A stretch of 64,000 nucleotides of DNA from Trichoplax adhaerens (lineage: Eukaryota > Animalia > Placozoa): NCBI RefSeq assembly GCF_000150275.1, contig NW_002060947.1:8147899-8211898 (forward strand). The letters are read 5' to 3'. The position numbers were made by a program, and so were the translations under genes. Shown here piece after piece: positions 14,801-33,500 of the stretch; position 1 is the first letter of the stretch; every line of letters begins with the position of its first letter. The notes below the pieces were generated by a model that ran no database searches, had not been told where the DNA came from, and was given only the letters and a program-made list of their open reading frames with translations.

Positions 14801-17800
14801 ATGCTGTACCCATATTGCATTTAGTAATGCTAAAGATATTCTTAAAGTAATCTTAACGTCATTAAATTGCACTAATATAATTGTGAGTTTGTGCTTATAT
14901 GGTAATTCGATGTTAAGGAACTAGACGTATTCGGAGCGTAAAGCTTCAGAAATTAAACTTCAATGGGCGTATTTATGTCACGCTGGGTAAACTAGTTTTA
15001 GTAAATGAAATGGTTAACGTTATTCGATACCGTGATTATTGATATACATTTAAGGACATTCATTGTTATAGCATACTTAATATTATATCAAAATATATAG
15101 AAGATCATGAAAGTAAAGCTGTCTCATTACAGTAATTGTTACCCAAATTTTCTATTAACAGACTAGACCAATATAATATTAATGAATTTTTATTGAAAAT
15201 GCCTAGACAGAAATGAACTTGAAATATATTCATGGTACATTTTGAATGGCTGCAAGGATGCCCTATATAAATTATAAATAAATATTATAGCAATTTGTAA
15301 TTATTTTAGAATACTGTCACATATTTACCTTGGGTATTTTATTTGGAGATATTTCATTCTTACCCATATATGCAATGACGTTAAACTTATAATATCGTAA
15401 ATTAAGAAAGGTAAGAATATCTTCAAATGTCAAAGTAGGAAAATGCAAAAATATCGATTCGTAGGCGATTTTAAAAGTGGATTAACTATACAGATCAGTC
15501 TTAAGAAATGTTACTATGCATAAAAAATAATGAGATGATTTTTTAGCAGCTGTTTTGACTCGAGGCAGGAGATTGTTAATAGAATATCAATACTAAGAAA
15601 TTATATATGTTATTGCTGTAGAACAATAATACAAAACCCAAATAAATAAAAGTATTTACGTGTATTCCATTTTACTAAATTATGAAATTATTTGTGTACT
15701 CTTCATGCTGCAATAGCAGCATGAACTGGTTTGTTCAGATTACATTTAGCCGTTATACAGATTTACAAGTTGATTAATTTCTGAAGCAGATTATTCATAA
15801 ACCTTATATTAGTGTCAGATCTTTAGCCCAAAAGCTTTCATTTTAATATGCGCTTTAATTAATGAATATCAAAAAAGTAGTGTTACCATTTTTGAATTAT
15901 GTATGTACTTTTATTCTCGATTCTGTCAAGGGAATTCTTCTATATTTCAGAAGAAACAATATAACCTAAGTGATTGAAATTAAATTCAATTTAAAAATTT
16001 ATGAAGGCATGACTAGTTTCATAACGATTTGCTTGATGCCGGTATTGTCATCATATTTCAGTTTACATTGCTATTTTCTAGCGACAAATGAATCAGCCTC
16101 TCAAACATGAATAAATATGTCATGCATTAGATAGAAATGAGTTGCAATTTCAGTATAGGAGTAGAGTATTTCTTATTTCATTCTTATTGCTGCTGTTCAC
16201 TATAATTTATCTATTAATTCAAATAAATGTTTCAAAATTTTAAGAAGTTGAAACGGAAAAAAATTCACCAACGATGAATGATTTCGACTCAGTACCTTAT
16301 AGGATATTTTCATATAAAATAAATAGATAAAGAAAGTGTTGAATGTACTCTATCTCGTCTTAATTGATGTTATTAATGTAAAGTTTTATTTACAATAGAT
16401 TAAATTGGTTAGATCAATACCACTTCATTATATATTTATAACAAAAATAAATGGTCTTATCAGACAATTGGGATAATTTGCTTATTATCGCTTGTATAAC
16501 TACTGAGGAGATCTGAATATTGACATGTTGATGGCCCTCGTTATCAATGCGTCGTTGATGTCTATAATATGATTAAGTCTGTTCATATTTCCTTCCTTCC
16601 TTTTTATTCACGTAGACAAAAACCCTACCTAATAACATTATTGTAGTCATGGTCGGTTAATATTGATTATACAGTAGTGGTAAGCATAGGCCAATTCAGC
16701 AATTTGAGTCAGGATTAATCTTAAATCTAGCAACATAGTACCCTAATACTGCAGTCTAAGAGAAAATATTAATCAAATTTGGTAGGGATGACGGTAAGTA
16801 ATAAGATTAAAGCCGATTGCCAGTTGAGATTGACTAATTTTTATAGCCGAACATACCGATAAATATCTTGATTTAGAAGTGAATAGCACAGCTGAAAATT
16901 GACACGGAATAGAAGTTTACAAATTGATAGTCCAAATCAATAAAATATGGATATGAGAAACTGGTGGGCGGATTGATTAAATCACTGCAGCGGCTGTTTA
17001 CTATTGTTTATTCCATCAATATCCATCGATGGCAATAGGGTACAGGTACAGATCGGAAAATTCCAAAAACTATGGATATGATAACCATCATTTTATGAAA
17101 TAGACACAATAGATGACCCCAATCTTAAAGACAGGTTATGAGATATCAAACTTCTTTTGAAGTCCGAAGCATCAAAAGCGAAAATAATATGGTAGTTGGG
17201 TCTTGTGAGTATTCATAGTTGTAGAAATGATTTAATAGAAGTTTTTGCAATAAACAAGACATAAAATGTGGCAGCATGTTCATTACTTCCTTCCTTGTCA
17301 TCATTTCTAAATGTAAATTATTTCTTTATGCATAACAGCTGTAATTTCCGTCATCTCCACGAATTTTTCATTCCCTCAATTTTAATTGCTCAAGATTACC
17401 AACAAATTATTCTATCAATAATTTCGTTACGGATAGATTATGGTAAAATTTATAGCATTAAAACCAGAACATCTCGGCATCTCTTATTAACACAATGGAT
17501 CCATGAACCTATAAATTTGGCTTATTTCTTTATTATACACATATTATTCCATATTTAATTATTGCTTTATCAATCCTAGAACAAACACTGATTGTAATTA
17601 ATATATCATATTTTAAATTTGATAATATCATTCTCGTGTACTGATTCAACTGGCTATATACTTCATTAATGATAAACATAATATTAATATGATAAAGACA
17701 CATGCATTATGAACAGATGTAGAGTACAGTATATTTGATATCTCTAGAAATTCTCTAAGAGGAGATATATATCTCTAAACGAGGTATCATGGTTTAAAAT

Positions 17801-20652
17801 GTTAACAATTACAACGGTAGCCATTTAGGAAATTCATTATTCAATTCTCGAGGTTATCGCCAATATTATAATGCAAATTTTGTGTTATCAATGCTGTAGA
17901 AGATAAATGACAATAATTATAATCAAGCTGGTATGTTATGATCGAGGTCAAATTATTTATTCGTGAATGAAATGGTACAAAATATCCTATAAAGATAAAT
18001 TATCGTTTATGACATTGCTTATTGTTATAATTTACTTTATTCAACTGACGGTAGTGCAACAAGATTGATGATAATCGTGATATAGTCTGGCAATGTGAAT
18101 ATTGAAATGCTAAAATAACAGCGAATGATATAATCGGCAGTGATACATGTAGGGAGTTTAGTATTAGAAGTAAATTACATTCATGAGCAATTATAACTTC
18201 GATCTTGCTATATTAATAACAATTACAATTTGCAATATTAATATTGCTGAATAATTGATCATGACCTCGGGAAGTACCAGATGTATTCACTAATTGTTAA
18301 CTTTATTTCGTTGGTGTTTTATTAAAAGAAATTTTCAAAATAATAAGACGACGATAATGGATATCTACCTATACTATATCATTTCTATTTCAAGTATTGA
18401 CCAAACTACTGTATCGATTAATCCCAAAGGTCAGACGGAAAAAAAACTAAAGGTATTGTTAATGATATGAAAGATGTGATAAAATCTTTCAAATCCGGAG
18501 AGAGCGTCGTCATAGTACAGAAAATCTTTGATTTGTAGTGTAAATTGGTTTGGAGGCTGCTGATGTTATTTAGTAAAATACGAATAAATACCATTATCTA
18601 ATTGATGTTGAGTGTTTCATACCAATTGATGCTTGCAAATATGGAGGTTATTTACACGTTTGGTTTATATGTATCATTATAAGTTGTATACCTTGTTTTT
18701 GTTGCGTAATGATTGTCTTTTGGCTGCTTTCATTGATCGATCGTTTGATGAAAAGAAATAAAAAATCGGAAATGACTACTTTGTATTGAAATGAGAGTAG
18801 TTGAGAATTAGGCTATAGGCAACTATCATGAAACTATTTTTATAAAAGATTATTTCACAATGGAAATTAAAGATGAGGAAGGAAAAGAAAACAATATTAT
18901 TTCATTAAGTTTTCAAGTAAGCAAATCTACCTGCTAATCTAAGCTATTTGGCTAGGCTAGAGCATCAATAGTTTTTCACAGAGGGTAAATAAGAATATTC
19001 ATTTGATCGAAGCTGGTATTATTTTCAAATCTTCGCTAATGATATTTCAGCAGGCAAAATATTTTAGATATTATAATATTTGAAATAATTAGTAGGTCAA
19101 ACAAGCGATAGAATAGCTAATTTTTCCACTCAAGTGTTAATTTTATGCTAATGGAGGTTTCAGTATTTCATTTCTAGTAATAATCTGCTTCTACACTTTG
19201 TATCCCGGGCATTCTATAGAATGCGCGAATCCTTACATGGACCGTGACATATACATACCTTATATAATAATTTAGCAAACACCATTTATTTGACAACATC
19301 TGGTGTTATTTTTATCCCGTAGATATTTCTGTTTCATTTTAACATAAACTCAGCTTGATATTATAACATATTTACTATAGGCAATGCAATATATAATCAG
19401 GTATGCATCATCTGTACTGTTCGTTGTAAATCTCTTACCTCTTAGGCAATGAACTCATTAAAATTGCATCGAATACTTCACTATACTTTTACAGGGCAAC
19501 TTGGGCGTGCTGCAGCACAGTACATGCTGTGTAGCAGTGCCACATAAATAAATTTTATCATATCTGAGTTCGTAATGGTAATTAAATTAGCGGTATATAT
19601 GCAATCAGTGAAATGAAGAAATGTCCGCAATTTCCCTCTAAAAGATAAGCATTTGTTGCAAGGCAGTTTAGGGATTTCAAGTAGTCCAAAATATCGACTA
19701 CAAAGTCGAATAATTCAGGCCTTACTTTATGTGATCCTATTATACTCAACTGCAGGGACAAAAATTAGATTTAAATTGTATTGAGAACCTTTTACATTAT
19801 GGACCTTTGTTTAACCTCGTATGCAGCACTTATTATAAGGACTATTTTATCATAACTATCTCATTATATCTACTTATACGCTCAAGGTTTAATTTGGTAA
19901 TATTTTTATGCCGATATACAGAATAAGACATAGATTACAGGTAAAGATTAAAGGCCTACGTTATCAAGCATGGCATAAATCTTTAGACTGCTGAAATTTA
20001 AATAATTGCATTAATCCAGTTACTCCATTTGCCGATGATAATATTTTATACAAAGATTTACCAAATATCTCCCAAACAGCCACACACCTACAACTATATA
20101 AAACGTCGGAATAAACTGTAGCTCCAAATTAGAAGTGTGCAATGACCAGGACCAATGAAATTACGATAAAACTTCGATTTACCTATACTTTATTAACGAA
20201 AATATGATAAATTTTGATACCTTAAATTTATCTATTTCGTTATGCAAGACTAGATACATCAGTTCCTAAAAATTTAGAGCAGAAGCTTTGGAGTAGATCG
20301 ATGTTTTCATGCTACGATACCATATTGTATAAATCGCTTTTGCAAGCTATCACTGTATAGTACAAGGCAATGTCATAAAATATATATTAAATAACGGAAT
20401 TAATGACTCGCAAATGCATTTCTTGGGTATAAACCGTCATCATTTCATTCTTAGTTTTGTGGACAATATAATAAGGCTGATTCCATCGTTATTTCCAATC
20501 TTGGTATTGCATTTAAAACCTAAATACATTATCTAATTTTCATGGATATAACCACCTATACATATACAACCACCTACTAGCATTGCATGCAAATACAACT
20601 GCTAACAATTATTATTTGTCCATCTGATATTGGCATAAAGTAGAAAAAGGCA

Positions 20653-21938
20653 TTAATATTTTCTTTTGTATACAGGCACTGTCTTGTTATCGTTATACTT
20701 AACAGGTTTAAAGCTTTGCTTGACTGCATATTCTGATGGCATTTTATCACGTAGATAGTATAATTTGGATTGTCGTCGACGCTCTAATTTCAGTACTTCA
20801 ATCTTTTGTACGAGCGGCGAATACGTTTCGTACATCATTTCGATGCCATGACCATCAATAATATTTCTTAGGAGGAACGTACTGCCTAACTTGTTATTCT
20901 TTTTGGCGATACAAATGCCTACAAATCTGCCAATTATATAAAATAGCAAGGTTATGGCCGGTATCCATAACTGGAAGTGAATCAATTTAAAGTTGAACTA
21001 AAATAACGATATCGACTCAATATCAACAACATTAAGTTCAGGCGAAAAGCATCATTTAAGATTGAAGATTTTAGCGGTAGAGCAATCATACTATAACATT
21101 AAATATTGATTGAAAAAGATGAGGTATCCATTTGACTAGTTTTCCATTGGGTCTAGTCAATAAGGAGAAGGTAAGCATGTTTCGGTTGATGCAGAAAATA
21201 CGAAATAGGCATCTGCTAAACGAACGTGCTAGCGATCATCGTAACAGTTTGCCTTCTTCCATAGGCTATATAAAAATACGTCCATCTGTACAGTATCTAC
21301 TGCTCTATCTCATACTTGTAGTGGATCGACTTGATCTCTTCTAGTGACTAGAATAGCTTCCTTCTATCGAATTTACCTTGTAGAGCCACGTTTTATGTAA
21401 GGATCTGATTTGACGACCGCCATGATGCTTCCAGTTGTAAAAAAAGGGATATCAATAACCTTGGATCTTTCATGCATATCACGGCGCTCTAAAAATTCTA
21501 TCAGGTTGGTTTTCATTTGCTTTGGTGATTTATAATATTCTTCCCTAGGTAATGGTTGCATTTTTTTGACATCTCTTCTTACAACAGTGGGTCGTCGAGG
21601 TAATTTCCGTTTGGATTTGCGTCTTCTTCTCGGCCTATCCGTACCACTCGAATCAGCAGCTTCTGGAGCCACTACATCGGTAGCAGGGGCTGATGTTACA
21701 GCTCGTAGACCTGCATTAAAAAGGAATACATTACTCATTAGTCTATTTTCCATCATCAATCAAAGCTTAATTTGCTTTTTCTCCTAATTTCAATGAACCA
21801 ACCCTGAAAAATCAAATCTTGCATGGAATTTTGCCTGATAGGAAAGGCATGCAGAAAGTTCTTCAATCTCATCCAGCCAGCCATCATGCTTCCAAGACTA
21901 CTGATGATGGCGTTGAGGTCCAAAGAGCGTGCGCACAT
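20653..21938 (-). CDS. MRPL19: Mitochondrial ribosomal protein L19 (bL19m); 3 exons (21803-21938, 21377-21710, 20653-20926)
   Basis: The spliced product contains DIPFFTTGSIMAV...RFVGICIAKK...STFLLRNIIDGHGIEMMYETYSPLVQKIEVLKLERRRQSKLYYLRD, the L19 family signature. Splice sites are GT-AG with consistent phase. The exact start Met is uncertain. Confidence 0.92.
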
Positions 21939-22675
21939 GGTCGGATACGATTGGCTATCCCTTAGTAGCGTTGATACAGGTAAAAGTAAAAACTTTCTTT
22001 TCCTTTATCTCTATGGGTTTGCATGGCCCGTATTGAACACTATACTGTCCCTAGCCAATACGGTATGAAGGGACTGAAACAGGACTTCACGACTGTTATC
22101 ACAGTATGCCAAGCAAAACCCATGAAAACTGGCGTCCAGCACCACCCTAAAGCTCGATGCAGGCTGCAGCAGGCTACAGGTTTTGCTTTAATTTCTAGCG
22201 CTTTGCTCATGGGCTTGCAGCTATTTTGTATCGAATCCTTTCCAATGTAGAGCGATTTGGAAGCAAAACCGCTGGCCCTTGCAGTTATCCAGTCTCCGTC
22301 TGATTAATGTGGTAGTTGACCTTTTTAGCCAAGCATCGATTAGCTACAGAGAGCGTAGTAGGGACTTATGACAGCAACTTCGCTTATCCATGAAGGATTG
22401 CATTCATCAGCAGAGCAGCCAGGGCTGATGTAGATTCCAAATTCTTTTAGTTATGAAATAGACTTCGAAGCGGTATACATATTCTGCCATTTGTGAAACC
22501 TACGTCAGGAATATTACGCTGACTAAATAAATCACAATTGTAGATCTCCGTGTGATTGGTCCTAGATATACTAAAGGTACGCGTATACTCGTACTATTCA
22601 TGGTAATTATTGGTAAGTAGCTCAGCCTTGATGCTAGTACAACCTGCAACTGCTCTAAACCAGTAAAACGCCAGT
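21939..22675. promoter_or_regulatory. Probable bidirectional promoter between MRPL19 and RPUSD1
   Basis: Divergent start codons lie ~740 bp apart; GC is locally higher; ATTGG (CCAAT-box) motifs occur near 21950 and 22555. Confidence 0.55.
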
Positions 22676-23874
22676 ATGGCCACTGCCGTTAAGGAAAAGA
22701 AAGTGCAAATAGTTCATCAAACGAATTCTTATGTGATTATCAACAAACCATTCGATATGCATATCAATAGCAACGAAGAAGACGTCAAGCCAACTGTTGC
22801 AACACAACTTGCTGAACTCCTGCCTACTTTAGTCGACAAAAGTATCTGTTTTGGTTTCAGGTTCGTCAATCGCTTAGATTATGCTACAAGCGGATTACTC
22901 TGCATTGCTTTTGATAAACGGGCTGCAAATATGGCCAGGAAACTCTTTGAAGCAAATCATGTGTCAAAGAAATATTTAGCTTTGGTGAGAATATGCAAGG
23001 GATTAATAATCTTGCAATGGTATTGCTGAACAATGTAGCGATGATCATTTCATTTTATGTTACCACCTATAATACTGATTGTCTGCTATCGACCATTATT
23101 ATTGCAACGAGAAGGTTATTGAATGCTATTACTACCAGAAATATCGTTGTTATTAGCTGTATCTTAATTCTAAGAGATCGGTTTTGGTTAACTCAATTGC
23201 AGTATAACACTGGTTTGTTGTCTTTTGCAGGTCAGAGGTATCCTAAGCCGTGATAATGGTGATATTCTGGTTAGAAAAGCGATAGGGTTGGATCGACGTG
23301 ATCCTCGTGGATTTCGCATGTGCATACCTGATCATAATCCACATCTCTGTCAATCGCCAAAGGTAATATATTACAATAGTACCTTTCATTAATCTTGTAA
23401 TGTTATTTAGTAGCCCCTTTCAGTTGCCACTGTAGTTGATGATAAACAATGTTAAGTAATGTATTTTAAGCTAGAGGTAGCAAAATTGATTAAATTGTAG
23501 AATCTGGGACTAGACATCACCGTTTGGGCGTGTATTTCATATGCAGTATTTTCTTGTCATTTCATCAATAGGCTGCTGAAACTCTCATCCGTATTCTGGG
23601 CTATGGCAAGTATGATGGTGAAGATATTACTAAAATTAGCCTAAGTCCAGTTACCGGCAGACGACATCAACTCAGAGTTCACTGCTTAACGTTGGGCCAT
23701 TGTATCGTTGGTGATTATACTTATAGTAATGAAGTTGATAGCAAGCCTTATCGAATGATGCTGCATTCATATAGCTTGAAAATACCACTACAAGATTGTC
23801 CTGCTATTGAAGTGACGACTTATGATCCGTTTTTGCCTGATCACGATCCTTTATTGCAATTGGAAAATAACTAA
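22676..23874 (+). CDS. RPUSD1: RluA-family RNA pseudouridine synthase (RPUSD1-like); 3 exons (22676-22984, 23231-23362, 23572-23874)
   Basis: Motif I INKPFD, motif II FVNRLDYATSGLL with the catalytic Asp, KKYLALVRG across intron 1, motif III PVTGRRHQLRVH, then GHCIVGDYTYS and RMMLHS. Splice sites are canonical and in frame. Confidence 0.9.
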
Positions 23875-24189
23875 ATGATTATATCTAATCAAATAGGTCA
23901 CGAATTGGACTTACGTTATGCACAATATTTTTTACAAAAAATGTTGACGCAGTCTTGTAAACATAAGCTGATTATACACCACTGCATAAGAAGTATTTTG
24001 ACAAAACAGCAATTTAAGACAACGTGAATGCTCACATTTAGAGGAAAAATTTTTAACATTAATGATATTCCGTACGTTTAAGATTTCTATAAGTAATGCA
24101 TGATAATGATGCTGAAAGATTATATCCGAAATATCAGTATATTACGAAGTCATACTGCTGATAAAAGTGATTCACCTAATGTACATAAT

Positions 24190-28697
<4,508 letters not shown>

Positions 28698-28959
28698 TTT
28701 GATACTTTTATAGGTAGTAGGGATAAATGGATTGGAAAAAATGAGAGGTAATTTATCCTCAGATTGGCTCTACAACACTGATCACTAGCTGGGAAAGAAA
28801 CGCTAGTTTTGCATTGCCATCCAGTGATGAGCTATCGCTGATGCGACAGCTTTCAAGCTCACTTTTGAGCTATGTTATGGTGGCCCTGATAGTAGACAGT
28901 ATAGAACGCCACCGATTTCCGTTGGCACAACGCAGATGCCTGTCATTCAAGGCTCAAGA

Positions 28960-30220
28960 ACTTGTACTGTACACTGTAAAGGACGTACTGTACACTGTAG
29001 GTAGGAATCTGCCATACTGAACCGCGCCGAACCTCAGGTCTATGTAGTACAACACCATGACGAACGACCGCGGTACAGTACTGTCAATTACAGCTAGCGA
29101 TACTGACCCAGTACAGTACTGGGTGAGTATCATACTGTACAGTGTACAGTGTACTGTACTACACAATGACTGCACTGTACACTGTACAGTTTGACTGTAC
29201 TCAGTACCGGCTTCAACCATATCGCTTGAACCGCGGTCGTTTGTCATGGTATTTGTGATTGAAGTGTACTGTACAGTATGGTAGATTCCTCAAGACAGAC
29301 TGTACTGTACTGGGTGAGTGTCATACTGTACTGTACTGTACTGTACAGTGTAGTGTCGCTAGCTGTAATTGACAGTCTCTACTGGCTTCAACCATATCGC
29401 TTGAACCGCGGTCGTTTGTCATGGTGTTTGTGATTGAAGTCTACTGTACTGTCTACAGTACAGTAGTGTCTACAGTACAGTACAGTAGTCTACAGTACTG
29501 TACAGTACAGTACTGTACACTTCAATCACAAATACCATGACAAACGACCGCGGGACAAGCGATATGTANNNNNNNNNNNNNNNNNNNNNNNNNNNNNNNN
29601 NNNNNNNNNNNNNNNNNNTAGACTTCAATCACAAACACCATGACGAGCGACCACGGGTCAACCGACATGGTTGAAACTAGTAGAGTACTGTCAATTACAG
29701 TTAGCGACACTACACTGTACAGTACAGTACAGTATGACACTCACCCAGTACAGTACAGTCTGTCTTGAGGAATCTGCCATACTGTACACTGTACAGTAGA
29801 CTTCAATCACAAACACCATGACGAGCGACCGCGGGTCAACCGACATGGTTGAAACCAGTAGAGTACTGTCAATTACAGCTAGCGACACTACACTGCACTG
29901 TACAGTATGATACTCACCCAGTACAGTACAGTCTGTCTTGAGGAATCTGCCATACTGTACACTGTACAGTAGACTTCAATCACAAACACCATGACGAGCG
30001 ACCGCGGGTCAACCGACATGGTTGAAACCAGTACATTGAGTACTGTCAATTACAGCTAGCGACACTACACTGCACTGTACAGTATGATACTCACCCAGTA
30101 CAGTCTGTCTTGAGGAATCTGCCATACTGTACACTGTACAGTACAGTACACTTCAATCACAAACACCATGACAAACGACCGCGGGCGGATCAACCGACAT
30201 GGTTGAAGCCGGTACACTAG
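28960..30220. repeat. Array of ~173-178-bp monomers in both tandem and inverted orientation, rich in TACAG/CTGTA micro-repeats; interrupted by an assembly gap
   Basis: The monomer (TAGACTTCAATCACAAACACCATGACGAGCGACCGCGG...GAGGAATCTGCCATACTGTACACTGTACAG) restarts at 29619, 29797, 29970 and 30147. Reverse-complement copies occupy ~29190-29445, with partial forward copies at ~29004-29150 and 29516-29567. Confidence 0.93.
29569..29618. other. Assembly gap (50 N)
   Basis: Run of N inside the repeat array; the true array length is unknown. Confidence 0.99.
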
Positions 30221-30547
30221 AGTGGTACACTCAAACTCGACGTTCTATCCAGTGACTATACTGTACTCACTCGAGGTACCGCACGTTGTCGTCGTCGAGT
30301 TGAAGTCAACTCCACCATTCAACTGGACTCGCTTCACCACTGCAGTGCGATTGACGCAAGCCTCGTGCAAGCACCATTCCATGACAACATCCTGGATTCC
30401 ATGGGTCAAAGCATGGCCACTTTGCGTTGAAAATTCTTCCTTTCGGCTTGAAAATTATTCCTAGCATCATTGTAGCAGTCAAAGTTTGCTGGACATTGTG
30501 AAAATTGAATGACGAATACGTTTTGCTAACTCGTTCATGGATAAGAG

Positions 30548-33500
30548 ATGATCAAGAGACGGAGCAACAAGAAAAATTTCCGTCGTAAAGTAGATGAAGA
30601 CGACGAAGTGGAAAGTATACCCAAGAAAGAAATTGTCTCACAGTCCAATATCAATACGACAACCATCACCACCACCATAACTACTGCTAATAATAATAAT
30701 AATAATAATAATAACAAGAGTAGTACAAGTAAGAGTGCTAGTCAGGATTTCAATCGTAGCAAAATCAATGTCATTCAAGGTACAAATGACAAGATCAAAA
30801 GTTCTTCCAAGCAAGTAGCACTTAGTTTCCATCACGATGAAGATGAAGGTGACGTCTTTGTGGTCAAAAAATCAGTGGAAAGTCAAAAAATGGCCAAATT
30901 ATTTAAGCAAGGTCCAGAGAAAGCCAAGAATACAAGCGCTAGTCACAAGAGCAGTAATAAACTATCCGGGAAGAAAAATGTACATCATAATTTAAGTTTT
31001 ACATCCAAGGAGAAAACAGTGCATCCTTCCGACTTAATCGTCAAAGCCAAATTCTCATCGGATATTCCTGATGCAGCAACAATTCATGCATTAAAGAAAC
31101 AACGTGAATTGAAAAGACAGTATGGAAGTGATTACATCCCTGTCGATGATACTGTTCGTTATACAAAGACGGAGGATTCAACAGATAAAAGTAGTCAAGC
31201 AACCTCAAGACTAGTCAGAGAGGATGACAATGATAAAAGCGATCCTGAAGATGATTATCGTCAGTTAAGCTTTAGTAACATTAAAAATACGTAAGTAACG
31301 ACTTTAGTCGGTCAAGATAGGATACTGATTGATTGGGTATATGCTAATTGTCTAAGGCATGTGCATGAAATTGTTGTCAAGAATAGATTCAATGAAGGCT
31401 GTCATAGTCTGTATCGATAACTTGCCTTCAATGTAGTAGTGTACTTTGCAACTGCAATACAATGACGTCCTACTGTAATATGAGTAAGAGTACAGTAGGC
31501 CTAAAGTCCAATGGACGACTATCTATCGATCTCTATAGTTTGTAAAGATCGACAATCATGATCATCAATATCGCAAATGTTGATACACGGTATTACCCTT
31601 TGTATGCTACAAGTAGATACTATTTTTCAATACAGACGTATACAACACCATTCGCTCATCACTAGTGTAGTATATTTCCAATCTGTCAATGTGGCAAATG
31701 GTGTGTACATTGCCCCTAGTGGAATCCATTTGGTATGACTTACGTACAGTTTATCCCTCAGTACTTCCAGAAAGAATCTTTTACTATAACTGTGACATTT
31801 TCAAACAATAATAGATGGCTGACAGATTTTTCTCATTGTCTTCAAAATACAAGACTATTAAACTGTACCAGCTAATATCCAATAATGTTCTGCTAACAGA
31901 AATTCCTTTCCTGATACCACTGAAATTGATCATGTGGATGAGGAAGACGAAGAGGTATCGCGATGGGAACAAGAGCAAATTAAAAAGGGCAGTGCTGCTC
32001 TGCAAGCTACTCCTGCGTCGTCACAATGGACCAATCAACAAAATACAACTTCAAATAATAGTAATGCGACTATACCAAACGCGGTCTCGCAATCCATAGC
32101 AATTCCAACGGTACCTCCTACTCAAACCACTGTTTCCATTGAAGATTTCCGTTTAAAAATGAAAAACAGACTACAAGCTGCCACAGAGGAATTACAAGCC
32201 CATCAACGCGAAATGGACAGGGTCACTACTTATCATCAGGAATCTCAAGCAAATGTAACTTCATTAGAGCAGCAATCGGCTGATGCTTGCAATCGATTTA
32301 CTTTCTTCCAAGATATACGACAATACGTCAACGATCTACTAGAATGCCTAAATGAAAAAGTAAACTTGACAACAAAAATTTAGCCAAGACTATACTTGAA
32401 TTGGCTACCGACATGACTAATCTTATTGCTTTCATTTTAGATTACTACAATACAAGATTGCGAGGAAACGCTACAATCACTATTAAAGGAGAAAGCCAGC
32501 CGTGTTGTGAGTCGCCGAACGAACGATGTCAAAGACGAAGATGATGAGTACTTAGGTACATTCAAAGATGGATAAACACTGCAACACAATTTTAATAGCT
32601 TATAATAGTAGTTAACTTGCATGAGAATACAAACCATGTTTGGTGTGTTTCCAGTAAAAGACAATACTCATTGGACGATATTGCTTAATAACATCAAAAT
32701 CTCTAGGTAAAACCGACAATGTCGAAAGTAATGTTGATGAATTCGGCCGAGATCGCAAAATGTTTACCAACAGTGCAAAGCAGAAACGAAAAGAGGATAG
32801 AATCGCAAGACGAAATAATCGTAAACGCTTAGCAGAAAAGAATAATAGTGAAGGTCTATCAACCGATGACGAAATCCCCGAAAGCGAAGAAACGAGAATT
32901 GCTACGGAAATAGGTAAGACTACGTGATGGTATAGCATACTGCAATGGAGAAGATAAAATAAGAATTATGATTGCGTTTATTAATACTAGTCAATTACAT
33001 TTTCATACTTTGATAAATAGAGAAAGTGAAACAAGAAGGCGATAAAGTATTTGATGATGTCGTTGATGATTTTCACGATATCAGAAAAATAATGAAGCAA
33101 TTTGAAAGATGGAAATTTTCTTTTTCGGAATCGTACAAAGACGCTTATATTCCGCTATGCCTGCCCAAGCTATTTTCGCCGTTTATACGATTACAATTGC
33201 TACGGTGGAATATATTTGAAGTATGGTGATAAAAAAATTGGACAATTTCCGCATCAGTCGCATTTTATACATTATCCTTATAATTAAGATCTTCTTTATA
33301 CGCGTTTTCATAGTTGAATACTATCGATTTCGAAAATTTACCTTGGTTTGAGCAGTTAATGCTGTATGGTAGTCAAAGCACTGATACTGAATTGGACCCA
33401 AATGATGAAGATTTACTCTTACTTCCAAACATAGTTGAAACTGTGGTTCTTCCCAAATTAAAATGTAACTTGCAAAATATTTTGGTATTCTCCTTCTATC

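Noticed and set aside
29815-29885. Hammerhead ribozyme (retrozyme) in the repeat monomer: ATGACGA...GAAAC-CAGTA gag TACT-GTC
   Set aside because: The conserved core C3 is A, no stem I pairing is possible, stem II does not close properly, and other monomers lose both the GA and GAAA motifs. An Infernal search with hammerhead models would settle it.
28960-30220. CRISPR-like array
   Set aside because: Whole ~175-bp monomers repeat with no unique spacers, orientations are mixed, there are no cas genes, and the context is eukaryotic.
28814-30464. Short ORFs over and next to the repeat array
   Set aside because: They arise from low-complexity repeat or promoter DNA, have alternative starts and show no protein motifs.
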